In this document: piece after piece, positions 10,314 to 19,792 of the stretch
How positions within the stretch are numbered: the first letter of the stretch is position 1
How the letters are laid out: every line of letters starts with the position of its first letter
Assembly (NCBI GenBank): GCA_963663805.2
Contig: CAXXMR010000012.1
Coordinates: 64,001 to 128,000 of the forward strand
Direction of reading: 5' to 3'
Length of the DNA stretch: 64,000 bases
Source: Sedimentisphaerales bacterium
Lineage (GTDB): Bacteria; Planctomycetota; Phycisphaerae; Sedimentisphaerales; SM23-30
Notes under the pieces: model-generated
What the model saw: the letters and a program-made list of their open reading frames with translations, nothing else
Told to the model about the DNA's origin: nothing
Database searches by the model: none
Made by a program: the position numbers and the translations under genes

Positions 10314-10439
10314 ATCCGCGGTTAAATATTTTTGTTGTTTATGTTGTTTTGAATTTTGTGTTTAGAATTTAGAGCTTAGGGTTTCCAGTTTATCTGGGTC
10401 AGGGGTTGTTGACGATACTGTTTTGTGTTTTGGGGGGAT

Positions 10440-10640
10440 TTACTTTTTGCGTTTGATGGTTATTATTCCGCCCAGAGATAACAGCAGCAGGCATGATGGT
10501 TCGGGGATTACTGAAGATGCGTCACCGGTGATATTTGTAAAATCTATAGTAAATTGATTTTGGCCTGACCCGAAAATGTCCGCAGAGGTGATACTGTATG
10601 AAATTAGTAGACACATACAACTTAATATAGATTTCTTCAT
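10440..10640 (-). CDS. Minimal PEP-CTERM protein, probably an internally deleted gene
   Basis: Signal peptide, ~25-aa body DIFGSGQNQFTIDF, then IPEPS-TM-KRKK sorting signal. Confidence 0.65.
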   Translation of the reverse strand: MKKSILSCMCLLISYSITSADIFGSGQNQFTIDFTNITGDASSVIPEPSCLLLLSLGGIITIKRKK

Positions 10641-10694
10641 GACATTCTATATTGTAACGAAAACGTTAACGGTCAGATATCGGCCTGTGTTTAT

Positions 10695-11900
10695 TTAATT
10701 CTGATCTTCTATGGGGATGCATGATGGATTTTCAGGACTCTGCCTGCAATTGATCAACCAATTTGAAGCCATCTGGGCAAAATCGCCAAGGTCAACAACA
10801 CAGTTTCCGTCAAGGTCACCAGTCAGTTCAAACAAGCACGGCGGGTTAGAAATGTTAGCAATCCACGCTTCATCGTTACCGTCAGGGTTAGTGCCGTAAC
10901 CGACAATAGTCATACCGTCAGCCGATATACCGCTACCGGTCCCCAAGTGTCCAGCCGCTAAGATCAAGAGCATGTTCATGTTCCAAAACAACTTTGAGGT
11001 CCCTCATGCTGTTTACAGCATCCCAGATAATTACCTGGCCGCTGGATGAACCCACAATCACCGAACCGTCACTGGAGACATCCCCTGGAGTAAAGCTGCC
11101 AATGGAAACCATTCCGTCCGCAGCGGTCCAGCGAAAGGCTGAACCTCCACTTGTGCCGGCAACTACCAAGCCATCAGCGGATACTGCCATTGCCGTGCTG
11201 TTTGAGGCGTCCGGTAATAAGCCGAGGCTTTGCATGCCACCGGTTGGTGTCCAGCGAAAAGCTCTCTCTGACGTTCCTGATGTCTGATTACTGTTCGCAC
11301 AAAAACCAACTACCACCACCCCATCATCAGACACAGCAAATGCCATACTTGAATCCATGCCCGGCAAATATCCCAGTCCGACCATGCCGCTTGCCGAAGT
11401 CCCAGCGAAAAGCTTCCTGCTCAGCATTTTCAGTGAAAAACCAGATGCGTATTTCATCACCTACGATTACTGAGCCATCAGCGGAAGCGTCAATAGCCCA
11501 GCTGCTGCCCATATCGGCAGAGCTTGAAGTTGACCCCAGTGACCGCATGGTCCCTCCATTGTCCCAATATGCTGATGCCCCGGTTGCATAACAATTACCA
11601 ACTACAATCGCACCGTCACTGGAAATACCATTGCCGTTAGTCGCCGCTCCCAACCCAACCATGCCGCCCGCAGCAGTCCATTTAAAAGCCTGACGTGCGT
11701 GATCATCACCGTTTGATATATCAACACTTGTTCCGGAAACAACATGTACCGTCCGCGGAAACGCCACTAGCCGAACTGTCAAAAATGCCGCCCGGCAAAT
11801 CTCCAAGCCCCTGAAAACCGCCCGCCTTCGCTTCCATTGCTGAAAAGATACATATAGACAAAGACAAAATCGAAACCGCTACCAACCTGGCTTGTAACAT
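10695..11900 (-). pseudogene. Secreted HAF-like repeat beta-propeller with C-terminal dockerin-like domain, split by about 3 frameshifts
   Basis: Repeats VSADGxVVVG...AFRWT...GM..LG spread over four overlapping ORFs; C-terminal GDLDGNCVVDLGDFAQMASNWL. Confidence 0.75.
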
Positions 11901-12135
11901 TTTCTCACCTTCCGTTATTGATTGCACTAATTACTTACTGTGCGATTTTGCATAATAAACACACAATTTGCCATATGTTACCATAATCTCTTTCCAAGTC
12001 CAAAACAATAAATCGCCCCTGTGCATTGCATAAAGACAGGGTTTGACAGATTTGGGGTTGTTTGTTTTCGGGGTGGGTCTATAATATTGTAATTTTGCGG
12101 AACTTGTTTATTTGTCGGGAAATATGGGATTTGAA

Positions 12136-13467
12136 ATGTCGATATTGCGTGTTGTAAATAGCTCTGACAGCGATTTTGAGGCGGTTTGGGGGCAGTTGCG
12201 GGGTAAACTTAGTCTGGCGGGCGAGCTGCTGGATAACCGGGTTCGGCTGGAGGCTGTACATGATATTGTCAGTTCGGTCCGGCAGGGTGGAGATGCTGCG
12301 GTGGCTGAACTTACGGCGAAATTTGATGGGGTGACGCTTGGGCCTGCGGAGTTTCGGGTGGCTGAAAGTGAGCTTAAAAAGGCTCATGCGGGGATGAACG
12401 CCAAGCTGTTGGCGGCGGTGCAAGAGTCGGTAGCTAATGTTCGGGCGTATCAGGAAGCGATCAAAATATCAGGGCCGGCGGACTGGGTGGCTGACGGTAA
12501 ACGGTTGGGGGTACGTTATTTACCACTGAAAAGGGTGGGGGCTTGTGTGCCGGGTGCTTCGGCTCCTCTGGTCTCAACGGTGATAATGACGGTGGTGCCG
12601 GCTCAGGTGGCGGGGGTTGAGGAAGTGGCGGTGATAAGTTCACCCAGCTTTGAGGGCAGCATACACCCGGCAATATTAGGGGTATGTTATGAGCTGGGTG
12701 TTAAGGAAGTTTACCGGGTGAGCGGGGCTCAGGGGGTGGCGGCGTTGGCTTTTGGGACCGATACGATTGGTAAGGTTGATAAGATTGTCGGGCCTAGCAG
12801 TTGGTGGGGGCAGTTGGCGAAGAAGGAAGTTTACGGGCTGGTGGATATTGACAGTTTCGCGGGGCCCAGCGAGGTGTTGATTCTGGCAGACGGTTCGGCG
12901 AAGGCGGCGTGGGTGGCGGCGGATATGCTCAGTCAGGCGGAACACGCCCCAGGCAGTGCGATTCTGGTGACCGATTCGGCGGAGCTGGCGAGCGAAGTTG
13001 AGAAGCAGTTGGAAGAACAACTGGCTCGGCTGGGGCGGGCGGTGGAGACGCGGCAATATGTGGAAGATTTCAGCTTGGCGATCGTAACGCGGGATATGGA
13101 TGAGGCGATTGGAATCGCCAATGATTTTGCGGCGGAGCATTTGCAGATTCAGTGTCGCGATAGTGACACGGTGGCAAAGCGGATAGTTAATGCCGGAGCG
13201 ATATTTATTGGTCATTATACGCCGGTGGCGGTGGGTGATTATTACGCGGGGCCTTCGCATACACTGCCGACAGGTGGCTCAGCTCGGTTCTTCGGGGCGC
13301 TGAATGTGAACGACTTTTTGAAGCAGACGAGTATCATCAGCTATGACAAAAATGCTCTTAATGCGGCAGCGGATGCGATTAAGACTATCGCTGACGCGGA
13401 AGGGTTGGGGGCACACGGTAATTCGGTGACAATCAGGCAAGAGGCAGCAGGCAAGAGGCAAAAGTGA
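12136..13467 (+). CDS. hisD: Histidinol dehydrogenase
   Basis: KVDKIVGP, IDSFAGPSEV, DMLSQAEH, AAEHL, GDYYAGPSHTLPT. Confidence 0.97.
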   Translation: MSILRVVNSSDSDFEAVWGQLRGKLSLAGELLDNRVRLEAVHDIVSSVRQGGDAAVAELTAKFDGVTLGPAEFRVAESELKKAHAGMNAKLLAAVQESVANVRAYQEAIKISGPADWVADGKRLGVRYLPLKRVGACVPGASAPLVSTVIMTVVPAQVAGVEEVAVISSPSFEGSIHPAILGVCYELGVKEVYRVSGAQGVAALAFGTDTIGKVDKIVGPSSWWGQLAKKEVYGLVDIDSFAGPSEVLILADGSAKAAWVAADMLSQAEHAPGSAILVTDSAELASEVEKQLEEQLARLGRAVETRQYVEDFSLAIVTRDMDEAIGIANDFAAEHLQIQCRDSDTVAKRIVNAGAIFIGHYTPVAVGDYYAGPSHTLPTGGSARFFGALNVNDFLKQTSIISYDKNALNAAADAIKTIADAEGLGAHGNSVTIRQEAAGKRQK

Positions 13468-13500
13468 ACGGCGTGGTGCGATCTGGCGACCGGGTTGTTT
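13436..13500 (+). repeat. GGCAAGA heptamer array plus GTGAACGGCGTGGTG element, copy 1
   Basis: Four heptamers overlap the hisD stop; similar copies at 14566-14604, 14640-14673 and 16001-16047. Confidence 0.75.
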
Positions 13501-13521
13501 TATTTGGGACTGGAGTTTGTG

Positions 13522-14564
13522 GTGAGTTTTAGGTTTCGGGATAATATAGAGCGGATGGCGGGTTACGTGCCGGGGTTTCAGCCAACGGACGCCGGAGCGG
13601 TTAAGATAAATACCAATGAAAATCCTTATCCGCCTGCTAAGGGTGTTTTTGAGGCATTGGCGGGGTTTGACGGATTTGCAGTTGCGGCGTTATCCGCCGA
13701 TCGAGTGGGACGCGTTTCGTAAAACGGCGGCGCGGGTGCATGGGATTGATGAGAAAATGGTGGTATGCGGGAACGGCGGGGATGAACTGCTAACGATGCT
13801 GGTGCGGCTTTGTTGTGACCGGAAGAGAGGGCTGGCATATCCGGTGCCGACATATACGCTTTATCCGGTTTTGGCGGAGATTCAGGATTGTCCGGTTTAT
13901 GAAGTGCCGTTCGCTGATGATTACGCGATACCAGCGGGGTTGGCGAAGACTGGTGCGGCGTTAACGATATTGTGTAATCCGAATGCGCCTACTTGCAGCT
14001 ATATTGAGGCCGGCGGCGATTGAGGAACTTGCTAAGGCGGTGGCAGGGGTGCTGCTGATAGATGAGGCTTATGCTGATTTTGCGCCGGGGAATTGTCAGG
14101 AGCTTTTGGGGCGGTATGAGAATGTGGCGATCCTGCGGAGTATGAGCAAGGGTTATTCGCTGGCGGGGATGCGGTTTGGTTATCTGCTGGCGAGCGAACG
14201 GATTGTTGCCGGGCTGATGAAGGTTAAGGATTCTTATAATGTGAATATCGCGGCTCAGGCGGCGGCGACGGCGGCTTTGGCGGACCAGGAATATTTCAGG
14301 GGGAACGTTAAGAAGATCATCGCTCAGCGGGAACGGCTAGTAAAGGCACTGCGGGGGTATGGGTTCGCAACGCGGGACAGTCATACGAATTTTGTTTTGA
14401 CGACGGTTGGGCCGCGGGCTAAGGAGATTTATGACGGGCTTTGCGAACGAGGGATTTATGTGCGGTACTGGAGTACGGGCGAGATGGCGGATAAGCTGCG
14501 GATTTCGGTGGGGTCGGCGGCGGAAATGGATAAGCTGCTGGCAGTATTAGAAGAAGTGGTTTGA
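13522..14564 (+). CDS. hisC: Histidinol-phosphate aminotransferase with two apparent +1 frameshifts (~13675, ~14010)
   Basis: KINTNENPY, GNGGDEL, CNPNAPT, IDEAY, RSMSKGYSLAGMRFGY across three consecutive frames; lies between hisD and hisB. Confidence 0.9.
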
Positions 14565-14565
14565 C

Positions 14566-14673
14566 GGCAGGCATGAGGCAAAAGGCATAAGTGACACGGC
14601 GAGGTTTCGCCTTTGGCGATAGTTTTTTTATTTAACGTCAACGGCGTGGTGCCGGTCTGTGACCGGGTTGTTT
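14566..14673 (+). repeat. Degenerate heptamer/AACGGCGTGGTG element copies between hisC and hisB
   Basis: GGCATGA GGCAAAA GGCATAA GTGACACGGCG, and AACGGCGTGGTGCCGGTCTGTGACCGGGTTGTTT resembling 13467-13500. Confidence 0.6.
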
Positions 14674-14729
14674 TAATTAAAGGCAATGGCAGTCAAAAAA
14701 AGTACCGGACACCTTTTTGGAGAGCTATT

Positions 14730-15317
14730 ATGGGTGATCGTAAGGTAGAAGTTAAACGTGAGACCAAGGAAACGGATATTGAGCTTAAGCTGAATCTGGA
14801 TGGTTCGGGTGATTATAAGATCGAGACGGGATGCGGTTTCTTTGACCATATGCTCTCGCATGTGGCTAAGCACGGCAGGATTGATTTGAAGCTTAAGGCT
14901 AAGGGTGATTTGCATATAGACGCTCATCATACGGTTGAGGATGTGGGGATCGTTTTGGGCGAGGCGTTGGATAAGGCTCTGGGTGACAAGAAGGGAATCG
15001 TGCGGTTTGGGGCAGCTAAGGTGCCGATGGAAGATAGTCTGGCGGAGGTGGCGATCGATATTTGCGGGCGGCCTCACCTGGTGTTTAATGTTGAGTTTCG
15101 GGGCGGTAAGGTTGGTGATTTTGATGTGGAGCTGGTGGAGGAGTTTATGCGGGCGTTTTCGAATAACGCCAAATTGAATTTGCATGTCAATGTGCCTTAT
15201 GGCACGAATAATCATCATATCGCCGAGTCGGTGTTTAAGGCTTTGGGGCGGGCGCTGGCGGAGGCGGTTAGCTTTAGCGGCACGGATGAGATACCCAGTA
15301 CCAAAGGTGTGCTGTGA
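14730..15317 (+). CDS. hisB: Imidazoleglycerol-phosphate dehydratase
   Basis: RETKETDI, FFDHML, DAHHTVEDVGI, NNHHIAESVFKA, PSTKGVL. Confidence 0.97.
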   Translation: MGDRKVEVKRETKETDIELKLNLDGSGDYKIETGCGFFDHMLSHVAKHGRIDLKLKAKGDLHIDAHHTVEDVGIVLGEALDKALGDKKGIVRFGAAKVPMEDSLAEVAIDICGRPHLVFNVEFRGGKVGDFDVELVEEFMRAFSNNAKLNLHVNVPYGTNNHHIAESVFKALGRALAEAVSFSGTDEIPSTKGVL

Positions 15318-16036
15318 ACGGGGCGGGTTTAAAAGGGTCTATCGAAGCGCTGGTTTTTGATCTGGATGATACGCTTTATCCGGAGATGGATTATGTGTGG
15401 AGCGGGTATCGGGCGGTGGCGGCGCGGCTGGCGGGGGCGGATGGTGCGGCGGATAAAATTTTCGGGATGCTCAAGGCGACGTTTGAAAGTGGGGACAGGA
15501 GCAGGGTTTTTAATCGGGTGCTGGAGCAGTTGGGGCGGGCGGCGGATGGTCAGGTGGTTGCGGAACTGGTGAGTGTTTATCGTTGTCATCGGCCTGTTAT
15601 TCAGCTTGACGATGGGGTACGGGAGCTGCTGGAGGGTTGGCGGGATGAGTATCGACTGGGGCTGATTACGGATGGTTATCTGCCGGGCCAGCGGCTAAAG
15701 GTGGAGGCGCTGGGGATTGAAGATTTGTTTGATAAGATTATCTATACCGAGCAGTTGGGGCGGGAGTTCTGGAAGCCGTCAACGCGTGCATTTGAATTAA
15801 TGAGCGAGGCACTGGACTGCGCGGGGGACAGTTGTGTTTATGTGGGTGATAACTGCGGGAAAGATTTCATAGGGCCTAACAAGCTGGGGTGGCAGACGGT
15901 GCGGTTTAAACGGGCGGGAGGGATTAATGAGAATGTGCAGGCGGTTGAAGGTGGTGATGCCGGGGAGGTGATTGGTTGTTTGGGGGAGTTGGTTTTTAAC
16001 GGCAGGCAAGAGGCAAGAGGCAAGAGGCAAAAGTGA
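15314..16036 (+). CDS. HAD-superfamily hydrolase
   Basis: FDLDDTLY, ITDG, KP, YVGDN..KD. Confidence 0.9.
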   Translation: MNGAGLKGSIEALVFDLDDTLYPEMDYVWSGYRAVAARLAGADGAADKIFGMLKATFESGDRSRVFNRVLEQLGRAADGQVVAELVSVYRCHRPVIQLDDGVRELLEGWRDEYRLGLITDGYLPGQRLKVEALGIEDLFDKIIYTEQLGREFWKPSTRAFELMSEALDCAGDSCVYVGDNCGKDFIGPNKLGWQTVRFKRAGGINENVQAVEGGDAGEVIGCLGELVFNGRQEARGKRQK

Positions 16037-16047
16037 ACGGCGTGGTG
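16001..16047 (+). repeat. GGCAAGA heptamer array plus GTGAACGGCGTGGTG element
   Basis: Overlaps the HAD stop and gives the same GKRQK* ending as hisD. Confidence 0.75.
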
Positions 16048-16082
16048 TCGCCTTGGGCAAAGCTGTTTATTGGGCTAATAAT

Positions 16083-16111
16083 AAAGCCCGTCGGGTGGGA
16101 CGGGCTTTTTT
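16083..16111. terminator. Intrinsic terminator, probably bidirectional
   Basis: AAAGCCCGTC-GGGTGG-GACGGGCTTTTTT between convergent genes. Confidence 0.85.
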
Positions 16112-16137
16112 GAGGGATTGACAGTAAAGGGGGTATT

Positions 16138-16350
16138 CTATTTGTTACCGGCGATTAAATCGCGGATTTTGTACGCTGTTATTTTTGTTTCTTCAGCGAT
16201 GGTTTCTATGGTTTGGGCGGGGTTTTCGAAATTTGCCGCTTGCGCTCTTTTTTCGGGGTTGATAATGTTATCCACAGACACCTTGCCGGGCATTAGGATG
16301 AACAACATTACTATCGCACCGACGAAGAAACCAAATAAAACCTTAAACAT
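16138..16350 (-). CDS. Small membrane-anchored hypothetical protein (70 aa)
   Basis: GGAGG RBS before the ATG; N-terminal hydrophobic helix; ends at the terminator. Confidence 0.65.
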   Translation of the reverse strand: MFKVLFGFFVGAIVMLFILMPGKVSVDNIINPEKRAQAANFENPAQTIETIAEETKITAYKIRDLIAGNK

Positions 16351-16616
16351 GGACTGCCTCCATAAATTTTCTCCTGACTCTCCTGTGGAATCACATGTTT
16401 GTATTGAACTTGCTATAAGATAACTTATATAGGTGGTTGGGGCAAATTGGGGAGGCGAGAAAAATTAAAAATGAGTAAAAATAGGTAAGCGGGATATGAA
16501 TTTTTCGGTTTGTGCGGGTGAAAAGGATGGAATTTTGGTGGGGTTAGGCGTTTTTTGTCGATTTGAAGGTATAATCCTGTAAAGTATGCAAAATAACTTG
16601 AAAAAGGGACGTTAAA

Positions 16617-18098
16617 ATGGATTATCCGATTTGGGATGTGCCTTATCTGGGCGGGTCGATGATTATAGCGATTATATCGATTGTGCATGTATATATCGCT
16701 CAGTTTGCGGTAGGGGCGGGGATTTTTAACGCTCTAACCGAGAGTTTCAGTCTGAAACATGACGACGGGACTCTGCGGCAGTTTTTGCGGGATAACAGTA
16801 AATTTATTATTCTGCTGCCTTTTATCGGAGGTGTGGTTACGGGGGTTGGTATCTGGTTCAGTATCGCTCTGGTAAGCCCGGAGGCGACGGGGACGCTTAT
16901 TCATTTGTTTTTGTGGGGTTGGGCGATAGAGTGGGTGTTCTTTCTTTTGGAGATAGCAGCGGGTTACGTATATTTTTACGGTTGGGACCGGATGTCGGCC
17001 AAGGCTCATTGTGCGGTGGGTTGGGTTTACGCAATCGCGGCGTTTATGTCGCTGGTGGTAATTAACGGGATATTGAGTTTTATGCTGACGCCGGGCGGTT
17101 CGCTGGACAGCCCGGTCAAACCGATGGAGTTTAATTTCTGGGCGGGGGTGTTTAATCCGAGTTATTTCCCGTCACTGATTATGCGGACGGTAGTATGCCT
17201 GGCTTTGCCGGCGTTGTTTGCGATGCTGCTGGTAAATGTATGCAAAGGGTATGACCAGGAGCAGAAAAATAAGGTGATACAGCACGCGGCTCGCTATCTG
17301 CTGCCTTTGGCGGTTTTGGTTCCGGCGGCGGGCTGGTTTTTCGCTACGGTTCCGGATACGGCGTTTTATTATGTGAAGGGCGGGGCGATTGCGATGGTAA
17401 TGCTTATGGCGTTCGCCGCGGTGAGCCTGGCGTTGCTGGCGTTATATAGTTATATAGCGATAATCTGGCGGAAGGGGACGGTTAGTTTAGAAACGACGGC
17501 ACTGCTGATGGCGTTGGCGCTGATAGCGGGCGGTGCAGGTGAGTTTGTGCGGGAGGGGATGCGCAAGCCGTTTCTGATTTGGGGACATGCTTACAGTAAT
17601 GGGATAGTCAGGGCTGATATACCGGCGATGCGGGATAAGATAAACGCTATGCCGCGTGATGACAAGACAGCTTTGATATTTTGTCCGTGGCGGGTTGTGC
17701 CGTCGGAGGGTGGTCTGGATGCTGAGGCGGTTCAGGCGGCTTATGTGTCGGGTGATTTCAGTTTGTTCAATGAGGTTAAGGATGTGGTGCGGGGGAAATG
17801 GCTATTTAAGAGTCAGTGTGCCCGGTGTCATTGCATCGAGGGGTACAACGGGATATTGCCGCTGGTGAAGAACTGGTCGCCGGCGATGCTGAACCGGGCT
17901 TTGCAGGAGTTGGACCAGGTTAAGGCGTTTATGCCGCCTTTTGTGGGCAGCGGGCGGGACCGGCAGGATCTGGCTCAATATATGCATAATCTGCAGGGCG
18001 GGTGTACGCGTTGTCATGATAATGTGGATGACGAGGGGAATCTGCTGGACGCGGAAAAGAAGATAACCATCAAAGCAGACTGGGAGCCTGAAATATGA
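16617..18098 (+). CDS. Cytochrome bd subunit I-like membrane protein with two C-terminal c-type heme motifs
   Basis: HVYIAQFAVG, GVVTGVGIWF, WAIEWVFF, INGILSFMLTP, EFVREGMRKP; CARCH and CTRCH. Confidence 0.8.
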   Translation: MDYPIWDVPYLGGSMIIAIISIVHVYIAQFAVGAGIFNALTESFSLKHDDGTLRQFLRDNSKFIILLPFIGGVVTGVGIWFSIALVSPEATGTLIHLFLWGWAIEWVFFLLEIAAGYVYFYGWDRMSAKAHCAVGWVYAIAAFMSLVVINGILSFMLTPGGSLDSPVKPMEFNFWAGVFNPSYFPSLIMRTVVCLALPALFAMLLVNVCKGYDQEQKNKVIQHAARYLLPLAVLVPAAGWFFATVPDTAFYYVKGGAIAMVMLMAFAAVSLALLALYSYIAIIWRKGTVSLETTALLMALALIAGGAGEFVREGMRKPFLIWGHAYSNGIVRADIPAMRDKINAMPRDDKTALIFCPWRVVPSEGGLDAEAVQAAYVSGDFSLFNEVKDVVRGKWLFKSQCARCHCIEGYNGILPLVKNWSPAMLNRALQELDQVKAFMPPFVGSGRDRQDLAQYMHNLQGGCTRCHDNVDDEGNLLDAEKKITIKADWEPEI

Positions 18099-19231
18099 TA
18101 GATATGATACTTGGAATTGTGCCTGTACCGGATATCAGCGGCTGGTCTTTACCAGGTCCGGCGTGGCTGTTGATGGAGTTGAGTATCTTCACGTTCTGGC
18201 TGCACCTGATAGGCGTGGGGGTGGTGCTGGGCGGTTCGTGCATTCTTTTGCTGCGGCGGTTAGGACTGGGGGGGCGGTCGGAGATCGATACGCAGTTGAA
18301 CGAAGGGGTACTCAAGACTTTGCCGGTATTTATGTCGTTTACGATAACGCTGGGGGTGGCACCGCTGTTGTTTACGCAGGCTTTGTATGGCCAATATTTT
18401 TATACGGCGAATATTCTAATAGGCGAGTTTTGGCTGGGAACACTGGGATTTCTGCTGGTGGGGTTCGCGGGGCTGTATCTGGTATGGTATTTTCGTAATA
18501 AAAAGTTGGGGTTTTTATTTAGCGTTGCGGTGCCGGTGTGCCTTTTCAGCGTGCTGTATATATTTACGAATAACGCGATTCTGGCGGTTCAGCCGGAACA
18601 TTGGGACGCTTTTAATGAGTCGGTTCGCTATCTGCATGTGAAGGACGCGATTACTCTGCCGCGGCTGCTGCATAATTTTGGGGCGGCGTTTTTGATTGGT
18701 GGATTGGGGATTGTGTGGATAGGTAAGCTGCGGGCGGCGGACGCTGATTCGGCGGCGTATGCTACGCGGACGGGTTTGCAGTGGTTTATGCTGGGCTGGG
18801 TTATGCAGGTAGGGTTTGGTTTGTGGTATCTGCTGTCGCTGCCGGTTGAAATGCGGGACAGGATGTTGGGGTTTGGGACGATAAACAGTCAGTTATGGTA
18901 TGTAGCATTGGCTCTGGCGGCGTTGAATTTTGTGACGGCATTACAGGGGATAATGAATCCTCGTAAAGTGATTTGGCCGACGTTGAGTACGCTTCTACCG
19001 GTTTTGGGATTGGTGGGGATGATAATGGCTCGTCAGCAGTTGCGTCAGGATTATGTGGGTCGCGAGCAGGCAGGCGGGTTCAGTATTTACCGGGACTGGC
19101 CGGTTGATACTCAGGTGGTGCCGATGGTATTGTTCTTTGGTCTGCTGGTAGTGGGGCTGGTGATTGTGGGGGTTATGGTGGGAAAGTTTTGGGAGGCGGG
19201 CCAGAGACGCGAATTTAACGGCAAGGTATAA
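18095..19231 (+). CDS. Polytopic partner subunit of the bd-like oxidoreductase
   Basis: TFWLHLI, TITLGVAPLLFTQALYG, PRLLH; ATGA overlap with the upstream gene. Confidence 0.7.
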   Translation: MIDMILGIVPVPDISGWSLPGPAWLLMELSIFTFWLHLIGVGVVLGGSCILLLRRLGLGGRSEIDTQLNEGVLKTLPVFMSFTITLGVAPLLFTQALYGQYFYTANILIGEFWLGTLGFLLVGFAGLYLVWYFRNKKLGFLFSVAVPVCLFSVLYIFTNNAILAVQPEHWDAFNESVRYLHVKDAITLPRLLHNFGAAFLIGGLGIVWIGKLRAADADSAAYATRTGLQWFMLGWVMQVGFGLWYLLSLPVEMRDRMLGFGTINSQLWYVALALAALNFVTALQGIMNPRKVIWPTLSTLLPVLGLVGMIMARQQLRQDYVGREQAGGFSIYRDWPVDTQVVPMVLFFGLLVVGLVIVGVMVGKFWEAGQRREFNGKV

Positions 19232-19365
19232 GGCCGAACGGTTTAATAGCGACATCGATGACGCGACACCTGCCTTTGGCGGGGATTGTTTACGAACCGG
19301 CGTCGGGGCGGCAAAGCCCGACAAATGCATGGGAAATGCATATTTAAAAATGTTGGGAAGATTTC

Positions 19366-19393
19366 TTGACAGGGCGGGTTTTGTAACTAAAAT
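19366..19393 (+). promoter_or_regulatory. sigma70 promoter of tRNA-Leu
   Basis: TTGACA-16 nt-TAAAAT immediately upstream of the tRNA. Confidence 0.7.
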
Positions 19394-19408
19394 GGCTGGA
19401 CTTGGTTC

Positions 19409-19492
19409 GCGGATGTGGCGGAATAGGCAGACGCGCAGGCTTCAGGTGCCTGTGGGGGCAACCCCGTGGAGGTTCGACTCCTCTCATCCGCA
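19409..19492 (+). tRNA. tRNA-Leu(CAG), CCA not encoded
   Basis: GCGGATG/CATCCGC acceptor stem, anticodon arm CAGGC-TTCAGGT-GCCTG, long variable arm, GGTTCGACTCC T-arm. Confidence 0.96.
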
Positions 19493-19559
19493 GTGAACCG
19501 GGTACCCGACGACAGCGAAAAATGTTGATGAGAAAAAAGTTAATTTTTCCTTTTTTTTC

Positions 19560-19588
19560 TTGACCGATTCTCGTTGGCGAGTTAAGAT
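19560..19588 (+). promoter_or_regulatory. sigma70 promoter
   Basis: TTGACC-17 nt-TAAGAT with an upstream T-tract. Confidence 0.6.
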
Positions 19589-19594
19589 TACCTC

Positions 19595-19698
19595 AGTGAT
19601 TCGGAAATAACAGTCTTCGGGCTGATTACGAACCACGGCGAGGGCGCATGGATTGCCAGTTTCCCCCCCGACTGGCCCCATCACCTCGCCATTTTTTT
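19595..19698 (+). ncRNA. Candidate two-hairpin sRNA or attenuator leader
   Basis: Hairpin capped by cUUCGg; second hairpin GGCGAGG...CCTCGCC with a C7 loop, followed by T7. Confidence 0.5.
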
Positions 19699-19792
19699 GC
19701 GCATATCTAAAAAATCGCTTTATTAGTTCTAAAAATGACTTATAATCAATCTCCAGAAGCTCGTTCAATCAACTTTTTTTATGAGGAAGTAG

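Noticed and set aside
10340..10400. Short TTTAG-type heptamer-like run
   Set aside because: Too short and degenerate to call
13522..14564. Programmed frameshifting or true pseudogenisation of hisC
   Set aside because: No slippery site is evident and neighbouring his genes are intact; sequencing indels are more parsimonious
13436..16047. Possible CRISPR array from recurring GTGAACGGCGTGGTG
   Set aside because: Copies are kilobases apart with no regular spacers and no cas genes
19409..19700. tRNA-Leu as the integration site of an island
   Set aside because: No integrase and no duplicated tRNA 3' end seen in the window
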